64,000 bases of DNA from Candidatus Thorarchaeota archaeon (GTDB taxonomy: Archaea; Asgardarchaeota; Thorarchaeia; Thorarchaeales; Thorarchaeaceae), in contig DXJO01000018.1 of NCBI GenBank assembly GCA_019057475.1, positions 32,001 to 96,000 of the forward strand, read 5' to 3'. The notes beneath the pieces were generated by a model that did no database searches, was not told where the DNA came from, and saw only the letters and a list, made by a program, of their open reading frames with translations. The position numbers and the translations under genes were made by a program. This document shows positions 29,271 to 39,596 of this stretch, piece by piece; the stretch's first letter is position 1, and each line of letters begins with the position of its first letter.

Positions 29271-30413
29271 TTAATGAGAATGGCCTCGACCCGCTCCGTG
29301 CTGCTCACCGAAGTACAGAACAGCTGTGGCTTCGCCTTCTTCTCGGCTCATCTCCTCTATTCCGTCAAGACTTAGGAGACTCCGTATTAGCTTAATCGCG
29401 AGATCCTTTGTGACTGGGGTTCTAGATCTCACCTGAACCCGAACAAGGTCTCCATCCGCCGTGACATTGCATTTCTCAAGCAGCCCCGAAGATGTGACGT
29501 TCAGAGCTGACCTCCTGACCCGATCCAGAATAGTCATAGATACATCAGAACCAACCACATCTGGCTGAGGGCCAAAGTCCTTTATGCTAACTAGAGTTCT
29601 CTCTCCGATGGCATCATTGATTGTGTGAGTGGCCAACCACTCCAAGAGCGGCGGACAGAGAGTGGCACGTCCACTCTGACCGGCTTGCATGAGGAACCTC
29701 TCACGTCGGCTTTTCCAGGCTTCGAAGATTCTCCTGTCGCGGTTTCCTTTTAGAAACCGAAACTCGCGATCATCGACCCACCTTAAACTAACCTTATTCT
29801 CAGCAATAACTTCAACATCGACGGTATAGCCTGCTTCATCCCAACTTGCTAGGAGCAGGAGTAGAAGGGTTTCAGGCTGATTTCGCATCATCTTGATGGT
29901 AGCCATAACCGTTCTGCGATCCGAATAATCTTCAACAGACCTGAGAACTCCCATCGTTTCTAGCAACTGCACGTGGAGTACAAATGCCTCGTATGTATTT
30001 TCCCAAATTTCCTGAGGGACAGTGCCGAGTCTGCGCAGTAGCTTTGTCTGTTGAGTGCCAAGCTTGTCAATTCGATCCTTAAATTCGCTGGCTGAGAACC
30101 TTGTCTGTCCGAAATCTGACAGTGCATCAAAGAATGCCGACGCAGCAAGGCCCATGTCCGCAGCATCAACTAAGGAGGCCAAGAGCTTTGAGATAGCCTT
30201 GAATTCACAATCATCACAATCTGGTTGGTTTCGTCGAATGCTGTAATAGCCGATTGCTTCCTCAATGACTTCGTTAATGCGCCCAGTTTCGCCGCTTAGG
30301 GATTTTAGCAGATCTCTAGTTTGCGCTGACACAGTTGTATGGATGTGAACGCGAGGACCACCTTTCACATAACCACGAGGTGCTTCGTCCTGTGTGTTTG
30401 AAGTTTTTTTCAT
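29271..30413 (-). CDS. Putative transcription regulator: N-terminal ribbon-helix-helix, CxxC, C-terminal putative ligand-binding domains
   Basis: RVHIHTTVSAQTRDLLKSLSGETGRINEVIEEAIGYY fits an RHH strand-helix-turn-helix; CDDC; ATG at 30413. Confidence 0.6.
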   Translation of the reverse strand: MKKTSNTQDEAPRGYVKGGPRVHIHTTVSAQTRDLLKSLSGETGRINEVIEEAIGYYSIRRNQPDCDDCEFKAISKLLASLVDAADMGLAASAFFDALSDFGQTRFSASEFKDRIDKLGTQQTKLLRRLGTVPQEIWENTYEAFVLHVQLLETMGVLRSVEDYSDRRTVMATIKMMRNQPETLLLLLLASWDEAGYTVDVEVIAENKVSLRWVDDREFRFLKGNRDRRIFEAWKSRRERFLMQAGQSGRATLCPPLLEWLATHTINDAIGERTLVSIKDFGPQPDVVGSDVSMTILDRVRRSALNVTSSGLLEKCNVTADGDLVRVQVRSRTPVTKDLAIKLIRSLLSLDGIEEMSREEGEATAVLYFGEQHGAGRGHSH

Positions 30414-30469
30414 GAACACACTCACCGATTCATGTTCAAGATGGCTCCTCTTAATGTGGCATGTGAACA
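30413..30469 (-). promoter_or_regulatory. TGTTCA/TGAACA boxes at the regulator's own 5' end (possible autoregulation)
   Basis: Boxes at 30464-30469, 30433-30438 and 30413-30418. Confidence 0.55.
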
Positions 30470-30547
30470 TAAGAGTTCCGTAGAAGTGCCAAGACTGACT
30501 AGAAACGCCAAACGCCAGAGAATAATGCCAAATTCATATCATTCCCA

Positions 30548-31303
30548 TCAATGGGAAGTAAAGCCTCCATCTACTACGACCACGGCTCCGGTCATAAATG
30601 TCGATTCATCGCAAGCCAAGAAAAGCGCTGCTTGAGCAACTTCTTCAGGTGTTCCAAATCGTCCCATAGGATATGATTTCGTTCGCTCGTCGCGGACTAG
30701 CTCTGCATTGCCCTGCTTCTCCAGTACCCTGCGTAGCATTGGAGTTTCTATTGCTCCAGGACAGATGCAGTTTACACGGATATTGTCTGTAGCCAGTTCG
30801 ACAGCCAAGGTCTTTGTCATCGCAATGACTCCGCCTTTTGAAGCCGAGTAGGCGGGAGAGAAAGAACCCACTAAACCCGCGACGGAGGCATTGTTAATGA
30901 TGACCCCACCGCCATTCTTGATCATCTCTGGAATAGTATACTTGCAGCAGAGAAACACAGATTTGAGATTGACATTGATTGATCTATCCCATTCCTCCTC
31001 TGTTGTATCTTTCAGATTCTTGACAACTTCAACACCTGCATTGTTGAACAGCACATCGATTCTGCCAAATGCTAGTGCCTTTTCGACTAGTTTCTTGACT
31101 TCACTCTTTTCAGATACGTCAGTCTTAACAAAGACCGCCTCTCTTCCTGTTTGTCTAATCGCTTCAATAACCTCAAGCCCCTTTTCTTGATCAATGTCAG
31201 CTCCCACAATCCTTGCACCCTCTTGAGCAAAGAGCAATGCTGCGGCCCTTCCGATGCCAGAACTGATTCCAGTTATCAAAGCCACTTTCTCTTCTAGCTT
31301 CAT
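30548..31303 (-). CDS. Short-chain dehydrogenase/reductase (SDR)
   Basis: TGISSGIG, NNAG, YSASK, PGAIETP, VDGG; start MKLEEK. Confidence 0.92.
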   Translation of the reverse strand: MKLEEKVALITGISSGIGRAAALLFAQEGARIVGADIDQEKGLEVIEAIRQTGREAVFVKTDVSEKSEVKKLVEKALAFGRIDVLFNNAGVEVVKNLKDTTEEEWDRSINVNLKSVFLCCKYTIPEMIKNGGGVIINNASVAGLVGSFSPAYSASKGGVIAMTKTLAVELATDNIRVNCICPGAIETPMLRRVLEKQGNAELVRDERTKSYPMGRFGTPEEVAQAALFLACDESTFMTGAVVVVDGGFTSH

Positions 31304-31308
31304 CGTAT

Positions 31309-32133
31309 TCAGCCCATCCTCTTCTTCCAAAACTGACAAATCTCCAGAGGGGTTGCGAACCACACATCTTCTCGCGATTTCATGAGCTGGATTAGCTTCT
31401 CCAGCATCTTAGTTCTCGAAGGAATGCCGATTATTTGGGGATGCATTGCAAGCATAAAGTACAGCCCTTCGTCGTAAACCGCTTCGAATTCATCCGACCA
31501 TATTTCAAGGACCTTCCTGTGACTACTGATGCCGCTTTGGTATTCAAGAGGTGGGAAGTAGTTGAATCCAAAGTAAACCCAATCATCCAGTATCCAGCGA
31601 ATGGGAAGCTCTATAATCTTCTTATTTTCCGTCGCAATGGCGTACGGAACATCATCGCCCATCATGCTGCTATCGTAGATTAAGCCGTGCTTGGATAGCA
31701 GGTTAAGGGTGTTAGCACTCATGTCGGCTGCCGGCGCTCTGTATCCCATTGGCTTTTTGCCTGTAATCTCTTCCAGAACTTCAGTACCCTTCTCAAGTTC
31801 TTCCTTCTCCTCTAGAAGACTGCAGCTTGCAGGGTTTCTGTGGGAATATCCATGGTGTCCGACTTCATGTCCGTCCCCACTGATTTCCATCACGGTTTCC
31901 GGATATCTCTCGGCCACCTCTCCAGGGATGAAAAAGCCTGCCTTCAAATTGTGTGTCTTCAACAATCGCAGAATGCGGGGAACGCCTGCTTTGGGGCCGT
32001 ATTCCCCTTGTGACAACACCACGGGGTTATCACGCTCAATCCTGTGACGCCTTAAGATGTTACGCCATGAAATATCGGCATCTAGATCAAAGGTTAAGCA
32101 AACAACGCACCTGGCTCCATCCAACCATTCCAT
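31309..32133 (-). CDS. Polysaccharide deacetylase (CE4, PgdA/PuuE-like)
   Basis: LTFDLD, HEVGHHGYSH, GYRAP, YDSS, MHPQIIG. Confidence 0.88.
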   Translation of the reverse strand: MEWLDGARCVVCLTFDLDADISWRNILRRHRIERDNPVVLSQGEYGPKAGVPRILRLLKTHNLKAGFFIPGEVAERYPETVMEISGDGHEVGHHGYSHRNPASCSLLEEKEELEKGTEVLEEITGKKPMGYRAPAADMSANTLNLLSKHGLIYDSSMMGDDVPYAIATENKKIIELPIRWILDDWVYFGFNYFPPLEYQSGISSHRKVLEIWSDEFEAVYDEGLYFMLAMHPQIIGIPSRTKMLEKLIQLMKSREDVWFATPLEICQFWKKRMG

Positions 32134-32342
32134 TTCTTCAGCTCCGCTTCTCTATCTCACCTGCTCTTCCTTTTATTTGGCCCGCTATTCAGTCTCCAGT
32201 CCATTGTTTCGTGTGAGATGTCACTTTATGCAGTTGCAGCAGACGATGCCCAGTATTTCAAGATACACTGTATCTGCACTAGCTTGCAGTCATTGAAACA
32301 CTCCTATTGATTGTACGAAGTTGATATTGGTCTTCAGACACA

Positions 32343-33461
32343 TTGAATAACCCGCACTTCACAAAGGAATATCCAGGAGATTGGGTCTTGACTGAGATAG
32401 TGCTTGAATACGAAGCCAAAGATAGCAGGAAGAAGGAATCACGCTTCGACGAGGAGGAAACAACCTTCAACCTGAGTCGTAACGGCATCAAGACAATCGA
32501 TTTGACACCACTTCTAGGCAATACTGTAATTGAGACCCTGAACTTGGGGTCCAACAAGCTTGAGAGATTGGATCTCACACCGATTGACCAGTGCACTAGT
32601 CTCAAGATTCTAAACATTTTCAAAAACCAGTTAACAGAAGTTGATTTGGAACCTCTTGAAGGATGTCCTGAGTTTTTGGAACTGAATCTGGGAACGAACG
32701 AGCTTCAAGAAATCACCTTGAAACCACTAGCCAAGTGCCGGAAACTCCAGCGATTAAGACTATTCAACAATCAGCTTGAAACAATTGACCTCAAACCACT
32801 AGCGAAATGTCAGAATCTAGGGTCACTCGAGCTGGAGAATAACTCGCTGACGAAGGTCGATCTGACCCCTATCGCCAAGTGCACCGGGCTTATACAGCTG
32901 AACCTCATGTATAATGCACTGGATAACCTTGACATCTCATCGCTTGCCAAGTGCGAGCAGCTCAAGTTCCTCTACCTGCATCATGCTCAATTAACATCAA
33001 TAGATCTCACCCCCCTGGCGAAATGTCTGGACCTACGGATGTTGCGACTTGGAGGTAATCAGCTAGAATACATCGACCTGCGGCCATTGGAAGCCTGTAC
33101 TCAGCTGAGAAGGCTCGGACTTGCTATGAACCTGCTGGAATCTATAGACCTAGAACCGCTGAGACCATGCCGACATCTGTTTAGCCTCGATTTGGCAAGG
33201 AATCGCCTAAGCACCATCAACCTTAGCCCTCTGGCAAAATGTGGCAAGCTTGAAGAGCTTTATCTCTACAGCGAACACAAAGAGGAGCAGAATGACTTCA
33301 AGACTATCGATTTGACACCGCTCTTCTCTTGCAAGTCTCTGGAGGACGTGACTGTTGCGGAAACCACTGAATTGACGGCAAAGAAAAATCTTCGCCGCGC
33401 TGCTAGTATTCCAGAAGGCATCGAAGAGCTAATCTCAGATGATCGAATAACTTGGGTCTGA
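32343..33461 (+). CDS. Leucine-rich repeat protein (22-aa repeats)
   Basis: About 12 repeats of LxxLxLxxNxLxxIDLxPLxxC. Confidence 0.92.
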   Translation: MNNPHFTKEYPGDWVLTEIVLEYEAKDSRKKESRFDEEETTFNLSRNGIKTIDLTPLLGNTVIETLNLGSNKLERLDLTPIDQCTSLKILNIFKNQLTEVDLEPLEGCPEFLELNLGTNELQEITLKPLAKCRKLQRLRLFNNQLETIDLKPLAKCQNLGSLELENNSLTKVDLTPIAKCTGLIQLNLMYNALDNLDISSLAKCEQLKFLYLHHAQLTSIDLTPLAKCLDLRMLRLGGNQLEYIDLRPLEACTQLRRLGLAMNLLESIDLEPLRPCRHLFSLDLARNRLSTINLSPLAKCGKLEELYLYSEHKEEQNDFKTIDLTPLFSCKSLEDVTVAETTELTAKKNLRRAASIPEGIEELISDDRITWV

Positions 33462-33528
33462 GTCCAAGGCTGAATGCGACCAAAGCAAAGCGATTATAAC
33501 GGAGCGTGTTCAACCGACTTGAGGGTTA

Positions 33529-34176
33529 ATGACTATGGTAGTTGAGATAGACGATTCAATGAAAGCACAGGTCATTGAGATGTTCCAGAACCTTGACAGC
33601 GATGTCAAGATACATCTATTCGTTAAGGACCACGACTGCTTATACTGCAACGACACCACGGCACTGGTGACGCAAGTCGCAGAGCTCTCCGACAATGTGG
33701 AAGTTATACCCCACAAGGAAGACACGGTCACCATGGATGCGCTTGGAGTGAAGTACCATCCGGCTGTCGTGCTCCACGGTAAGGGGGAATACAAGGTCAG
33801 ATTCTACGGTATTCCGTCCGGACACGAGTTCAGTGCTCTTGTCGGGGGAATTGTTGATGTTTCTACAGGTATGCCTGCACTCCCGCCTGATATTGTTGAA
33901 GACATCAAGGCGATCGACAAACCTATCCACATTAGGGTCTTCACCACACCCCAATGCCCTTACTGTCCAGGCATGGTTAGGCTGGCGCACCAAGCTTCGA
34001 TAATAAATCCGCTAATCGAGGCGGACATGGTTGAGGCATTGGAATTCCAGGACCTAACCACAAAGTACGAGGTGTTCGGGGTGCCGAAATCCATCTTCAA
34101 CGAAACTGTTTCGGTCGAAGGATTGACGCCACCCGAGTTATTCGTTGAGAAGCTGTACGAAGCGATTGACAAGTAG
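33529..34176 (+). CDS. Protein disulfide oxidoreductase (archaeal PDO, two thioredoxin folds)
   Basis: CLYC and CPYC motifs, FYGIPSGHEF, GVP. Confidence 0.9.
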   Translation: MTMVVEIDDSMKAQVIEMFQNLDSDVKIHLFVKDHDCLYCNDTTALVTQVAELSDNVEVIPHKEDTVTMDALGVKYHPAVVLHGKGEYKVRFYGIPSGHEFSALVGGIVDVSTGMPALPPDIVEDIKAIDKPIHIRVFTTPQCPYCPGMVRLAHQASIINPLIEADMVEALEFQDLTTKYEVFGVPKSIFNETVSVEGLTPPELFVEKLYEAIDK

Positions 34177-34309
34177 GAGGAAACCCAAACCTATCCAGTC
34201 CTTTGCAGTGGAGCTGGTCATAACACTATTGCAGAGTGAATGCGTATTCGGAATAGCCCTGCTTCTTGCGTGAGTCTATTGCACCATTTGGCGGAACTAA
34301 CCTAGGCAA

Positions 34310-35248
34310 TCACTCGTCTTGTTGACAAGTGAACACGAACTCATTCTCGTTCACGTAGCGATAGGCCTGATAGGCAGCATGGACTCCTTCAGCCACGCCA
34401 GTTATCGCCTGCTTGAATTCAGTATCTACAACATCGCCAGCTGCAAACACACCAGCCACATTCGTGCGGCTTGATCGGTCAATGATGATTTCGCCCTTCT
34501 TGTTGACCTCTACGCCCACCTTCTTCGCCAAGCCGGACATCGGTATTCCTCCAATTGCTACGAATACCCCGTCCAGCTCAAGCGTATCCGAGCCGTTATG
34601 AGGACGATCGAGCTTCACACCTGTGACTCGGTCATCGCCCATGATTTCAGTAATGTTGGTCTTCGTGATGACCTCTATCTTTGGCTCGTTTGCAATCCGT
34701 TTTGCATTGACTGGTTCAGGGCGTATCTTTTCTTTTCGATAGATGAGGTACACCTTGTCACTATACTTCGCAAGCAGTAGAGCCTCCTTTGCTGCACTAT
34801 CACTTCCGCCTACGACAGCAGACACCTTGTTCTTGAAGAGCGGGCCGTCACAGAGAGCACAGTAGCTCACGCCCTTGTTCTTCAGCTTCTCATGACCAGG
34901 AACCTCTAGTTCCCGTTCTTTCATTCCGGTCGCCACAAGAACGCTCCTGGCAAGGTAGGTCTTCTTGTCAGTAACAACATAGAAGCAGTTCTCTTTGCAC
35001 TTGAAGAGGTCCTGAACAGTTCCAGTTTCAAAGTAAGCTGGATAGTCAAGAGCATGAGCCTTGAGATTCTCAGCAAGCTCTTTGCCTGTGAGTTGGCTGA
35101 ATCCAGGGTAATTAGAAACATCATCCGTGAGAGTAATAGTTCCTCCTTCCAAGTCGCCAATAACGGCTACCTCAAGCTCGAGCCGTGCTGAATACATGGC
35201 AGCACTATACCCAGTGACTCCGGCTCCAATGATAACTAGATCGTACAT
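34310..35248 (-). CDS. trxB: Thioredoxin reductase
   Basis: GAGVTG, NYPG, GVSYCALCDG, VGGSDSA, FAAGD. Confidence 0.9.
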   Translation of the reverse strand: MYDLVIIGAGVTGYSAAMYSARLELEVAVIGDLEGGTITLTDDVSNYPGFSQLTGKELAENLKAHALDYPAYFETGTVQDLFKCKENCFYVVTDKKTYLARSVLVATGMKERELEVPGHEKLKNKGVSYCALCDGPLFKNKVSAVVGGSDSAAKEALLLAKYSDKVYLIYRKEKIRPEPVNAKRIANEPKIEVITKTNITEIMGDDRVTGVKLDRPHNGSDTLELDGVFVAIGGIPMSGLAKKVGVEVNKKGEIIIDRSSRTNVAGVFAAGDVVDTEFKQAITGVAEGVHAAYQAYRYVNENEFVFTCQQDE

Positions 35249-35252
35249 CTTG

Positions 35253-35495
35253 CTAACCTCCAAGTCTGCGACCTAGCCGTCGCTCTACGCGTCTGTCAAA
35301 CCCGACGAAGACATCCTCACCCACTACAGTCACGGGGATTGCCTTATGCCCAGTGACCTTAGCAAGCTCCTCGAAGGTTTCAGGATTTGTTAAAACGCAC
35401 TTCTCTTCATATTGCACACTCTTCTCCTTCAAGAACTCCTTGAGTTTCTTCGAGTGGGGGCATTCAGGTGCAGTGTAAATTACAGCCGTTGCCAT
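35253..35495 (-). CDS. Glutaredoxin/NrdH-like protein (CPHS, monothiol)
   Basis: IYTAPECPHS, AIPV, VGFD; real start MATAV at 35495. Confidence 0.85.
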   Translation of the reverse strand: MATAVIYTAPECPHSKKLKEFLKEKSVQYEEKCVLTNPETFEELAKVTGHKAIPVTVVGEDVFVGFDRRVERRLGRRLGG

Positions 35496-35777
35496 TGTAT
35501 TGAGCCTCACGAAATCGCTGTTGCGCAGCGGAAACAGCGAAATGCGACTAGAAACCAATAGGGAAAGCCCACCCACATATAGATTGTGAAAGGACTCTGA
35601 GAGCGCAATTGCAGAACGAAGAATCCCGACCAAGTACACATAATAAAGCTCCTAGCCATCCTAGTATGGCCCAAAAAATTCCCTACCACTCATTAGCATG
35701 CCCCCCAGCAAACGTATCGATATCAGGACTGTCAACAATTCAAGAACCGATAGCTTGGATTCAAAGGAGACGGTGAA

Positions 35778-38339
35778 GTGGCAGAAGACGCTAAAACACA
35801 GGCTTCATTGAGGGAGAGCGAGGAGAAGTTCAGACAGCTGTTCCATCACTCCAATGACGCAATCTTCATCCATGACCTTTCTGGGAAGACTATTGACGTG
35901 AATCAGAGGGCATTGGAACTCTTTGGCTACACAAGAGAAGAAGCCCTCAAACTGAACGTTTCCGCATTCGTGCCTCCAGAGTACATGAACGACTCAGAAG
36001 ACCCTTACGAAGAGATAGCGAAGAAAGGATTCCTGAGAATCGAGGCGAACTTCAGAAAGAAGAATGGAGATGTTTTCCCTGGAGAGCTGTCTGCAAGTCT
36101 GTTTCAGATTGCAGGCAAACCTGTAATCCAGGGGATTGTACGGGATATATCTGAGAGGCATCAGTCTGAACTAGCACTCCGAGATAGTGAGGAGCGGTAC
36201 AGGACTATCATAAGCTCGATGTCTGATACTGTGTTTGTCTACGACAAAGAGAATCGTCACGCCCAGATTTACGCTTCCGAAGAGAGTCTACTTTATGCCA
36301 AACCGGAGGACATCCTCGGCAGGCGCGTTGATGAGGTGTTACCAGGAGAAGTAACCAGTCTACTCGTAAGCTGCTTGAAGAGAGTAAGAGAAACGGGCGA
36401 TAGTGAGAGTGTTGATTATTGTCTTGAGTTGGAAGGAGTAGAGCATTGGTTCTCAACACGCATGAGTCTTCATGAAGACGGTGAGAGCGTTGTTGCAGTC
36501 GCGCGAGATATAACGAAACGAAGACAGGCGGAAGATGCTAGAGGTGAATCTGAGAAGACGTATAGAACTCTCTTTGAATCCGCCAACGATGCCATCTTTC
36601 TAATGAGGGATGACATCTTCATCGAGTGTAATGACAAGACCCTTGAGATGTTCGGTTGCACTAGGGAACAAATCATTGGTGAACCACCATACAGGTTCTC
36701 CCCAGAACACCAACCTGATGGAAGGAACTCAAAGGAGAAAGCATTAGAAAAAATTGGTGCGGCCTTCCATGGAGAGCCTCAGAGATTCGAGTGGCAGCAT
36801 ATCAAGTACGATGGCACTCCCTTTGATGCTGAAGTTAGTCTGAATGTTATTGAAATTGAGGACAAACCCGCGTTGCAAGCCATTGTGCGAAACATCTCGG
36901 AACGAAAGCGTGCTGAAATGGCTCTTCAGGAGTCAGAAACGAAGTACAAGTCGCTACTAGAGCAGGTGACTCTCGGAATAGTAATTCTCCAGGGGACTCC
37001 ACCACGTGTCCGCTATACTAATCCAGAGATATTCAGAATAACTGGCTACGCGCCTGACGAATTACTCGAATTCTCGGACAAAGAAATGGCCCGCGTTATC
37101 GACCCCACGGAATTGCAGCACCTCTTCCAGCGCTTCGAAGACAGATTAGACGGAAAACCAACACCTCAAAGATATGAGATTCGCATGACTCGGAAAGACG
37201 GCAAAGAGATTTGGGTCGATTTCACTGCAAGCCTTATCGAGTATGATGGACAACCGGCCCTTCAGGGAACGCTTATCGACATAACAGAGAAAAAGATCGC
37301 CCAAGATGCTCTAAGAGATAGCGAAGAACTATACCGGCTCCACTTCGATAATGCATCCGACGTAATTCTTTCGCTCGGTCTTGATGGAACAATACTGGCT
37401 GTTTCTCCTTCTGCAGAGGTCCACGTGGGCTATGTTCCGGATGAGCTTGTCGGAAAGAAGCTCCAGGACATCGACATTCTAGCTCCTGAGTATTCGGATA
37501 CAGTCATTTCAGACATGGCCAAGGCCATCACGAACCGGCAAGGCGCTCGTGCTGTGTACGAGTTCATTCATAGGAATGGGAACAGGTTATGGGGTGAGGT
37601 AAGCGCATCACCACTTATCGTTGATGGCAATGTAATTGCCATCATAGCTGTCATCAGGGACATAACGGACCACATCGAGTCGGAAAGAGAACTGCGAGAG
37701 TCAAGCAGAGACCTCGAGCTCTATACATCTCTTCTCCGTCACGACCTGGGAAACGATCTGCAAGTGATACTTACTCAGACGAAAGCAGCTCAGGTGCTGC
37801 ACGCAGATGATATTCGGCTCACAGAGCTAGCTGAAGCTGTCAGCGCATCTGCACTTAGAATGTCACAGGTGCTTGCCCTCTTTGAACCCCGAGAGAAGAA
37901 GAGTGAAGAAAACATCGTGGCAATGCTAGAAACCTGCGCGCTGCAAGCAATGAAAGCTCACAGGGGTATGGAAGTCATGATCCAAGCCAATCCCTTGGCC
38001 CGGAAACAAGAAATTGCTGGTGGCAGATTACTCCCGATGGTCTTCGACAACCTGTTGCGTAACTCTGCGCAATTCACAGAAACAGATGTCAAGGTCCACA
38101 TCGCAGTCACGCGAAAGAAGGACTACGTGCAGATTGACGTGTCTGATGATGGGCCCGGAATTCCTAAGGAGATTCAATCGAAACTCTTTGAGCGGGGCAC
38201 CTCGACGAAAGGAGGAGGACTTGGGCTATACCTCAGCAAGCGTGTTATTGAGCACTATGGCGGATCAATAGAACTACTATCTAGACAGAAGTCAAAGAAA
38301 GGGGTAGTTTTCCGCATCAAGCTCAAGAAAGTCCAGTGA
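35778..38339 (+). CDS. Cytoplasmic sensor histidine kinase with five PAS domains
   Basis: Five E-x-[YF]R-x-L-F...RDI[ST]E units; H-box RHDLGN; N-box DNLLRNS; DDGPGI; GGGLGL. Confidence 0.92.
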   Translation: MAEDAKTQASLRESEEKFRQLFHHSNDAIFIHDLSGKTIDVNQRALELFGYTREEALKLNVSAFVPPEYMNDSEDPYEEIAKKGFLRIEANFRKKNGDVFPGELSASLFQIAGKPVIQGIVRDISERHQSELALRDSEERYRTIISSMSDTVFVYDKENRHAQIYASEESLLYAKPEDILGRRVDEVLPGEVTSLLVSCLKRVRETGDSESVDYCLELEGVEHWFSTRMSLHEDGESVVAVARDITKRRQAEDARGESEKTYRTLFESANDAIFLMRDDIFIECNDKTLEMFGCTREQIIGEPPYRFSPEHQPDGRNSKEKALEKIGAAFHGEPQRFEWQHIKYDGTPFDAEVSLNVIEIEDKPALQAIVRNISERKRAEMALQESETKYKSLLEQVTLGIVILQGTPPRVRYTNPEIFRITGYAPDELLEFSDKEMARVIDPTELQHLFQRFEDRLDGKPTPQRYEIRMTRKDGKEIWVDFTASLIEYDGQPALQGTLIDITEKKIAQDALRDSEELYRLHFDNASDVILSLGLDGTILAVSPSAEVHVGYVPDELVGKKLQDIDILAPEYSDTVISDMAKAITNRQGARAVYEFIHRNGNRLWGEVSASPLIVDGNVIAIIAVIRDITDHIESERELRESSRDLELYTSLLRHDLGNDLQVILTQTKAAQVLHADDIRLTELAEAVSASALRMSQVLALFEPREKKSEENIVAMLETCALQAMKAHRGMEVMIQANPLARKQEIAGGRLLPMVFDNLLRNSAQFTETDVKVHIAVTRKKDYVQIDVSDDGPGIPKEIQSKLFERGTSTKGGGLGLYLSKRVIEHYGGSIELLSRQKSKKGVVFRIKLKKVQ

Positions 38340-38414
38340 AGCCAACCTCCATTTGTGAACAGTCTTAAGCGAAAAACTCGTCAGCTCGCACAGCCATATT
38401 TGGGAGATATCAAG

Positions 38415-38891
38415 ATGGACAAGAAAGAAACTCTCGAATTCATTGACAAACAAATCAAACTAGAGATGCGCATTATTGAGTTGGTCGAGGAGAACACGTC
38501 AAAGCTTGGCAACGCATTCGTGAAGGATTTGTTGCTTGGAATCTCGCAAGACTCGAAAAAACACGCAGCCCTGCTCAAATCTCTGAGGAAAGCCGTAGAT
38601 GGGCCAACTCCATTCATCAGCGAAGATGAGAGGGATAAGATTGCTGAGGGCATCAAGGAGCATATCAGACTTGAAGCAAGTGCAGTCAAGACCTATGGCG
38701 AGCTAATTGAGAAGAGCGACAATGATCAGGTAAAGACTATAGCGGCCATGATTCGTGAGGATGAGATACGACACCACAGCCTTCTTCATGAGTTTCACAA
38801 AACAATGATCGAACCAGAAACACTGACTGAGGACATGATTTGGGATGTTCTTTGGAAGGATTCCCCTTGGAAGGGCAGTCCAGGCGGTTAG
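38415..38891 (+). CDS. Ferritin-like (rubrerythrin-type four-helix) protein
   Basis: DSKKH, HIRLE, EDEIRHH motifs. Confidence 0.75.
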   Translation: MDKKETLEFIDKQIKLEMRIIELVEENTSKLGNAFVKDLLLGISQDSKKHAALLKSLRKAVDGPTPFISEDERDKIAEGIKEHIRLEASAVKTYGELIEKSDNDQVKTIAAMIREDEIRHHSLLHEFHKTMIEPETLTEDMIWDVLWKDSPWKGSPGG

Positions 38892-39292
38892 TTCCATCGT
38901 ATCAAATGGCAACCGGCGTCCACAAGATGCTCCTCGCATCACTCCTTTCAAGTCCTACAGCACAGGCTTTTTAGCCATAGTTATCATTGATTTTTTGGCT
39001 TCATTTCGTCAATAGACGCATTTCCCAGCACATAGGGACAATTTGACGAATTTCAGAGTTATCATAGGTACGCAAGTTATCATTCCATCTACAATGAGAA
39101 CTATTACTGCGCACAAGCATCAATCCTCAGGAACACGCTTGCGTCTTAGAAGCCTTCGTAACAAGCGTTCTGTTGGACTGATCTTGATTCTGAAGCTTTA
39201 CATCTTGTTCAGAATGTAGAAAATGAAGCACATAGGTTTGCTCAGCGCCATCATCACAAGCTGAGAGAGAAGAAAGTGAGATAAAGGAAACG

Positions 39293-39592
39293 ATGTCAAC
39301 ACCTAGTACATCGCGAAAGACTCTGAGAATTGACAAGAAGAAGGAAATCGTTCGGATTGATATTTTCGATGATTCTGATGCTAAGCAGACAAATTCTGAA
39401 GTAACGATGGAGCCTTATATGATAAGAGGATACGAAGAAGGGACCATGCAGGAAGAGAAAGCAAGTTTCAAGGAAATCTTAGATTGGATCCATGACGAGC
39501 CCAAAGACGAGATTGATCATTCTCATCAAGCCGCTCTTGGTCAATCTGTGGATGTGGGAATCGCTGAGCGTAGGGAACACTACTATTTATGA
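39293..39592 (+). CDS. Hypothetical protein
   Basis: 99-aa ORF with AGGA RBS; ends at the edge of the AT-rich insert. Confidence 0.4.
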   Translation: MSTPSTSRKTLRIDKKKEIVRIDIFDDSDAKQTNSEVTMEPYMIRGYEEGTMQEEKASFKEILDWIHDEPKDEIDHSHQAALGQSVDVGIAERREHYYL

Positions 39593-39596
39593 GGAA

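Noticed and set aside
32261-32275. Palindrome AGATACA-C-TGTATCT
   Set aside because: Single 7-bp-arm palindrome; several are expected by chance in 64 kb
30548-32340. Deacetylase-SDR operon as part of the TGTTCA regulon
   Set aside because: No 0/10/20/41 box array upstream; membership rests on adjacency only
35500-35630. SECIS-like or structured RNA upstream of the glutaredoxin; selenoproteins among the redox genes
   Set aside because: Only a short 8-bp hairpin; no in-frame TGA at any redox motif (the CPHS serine is TCG)
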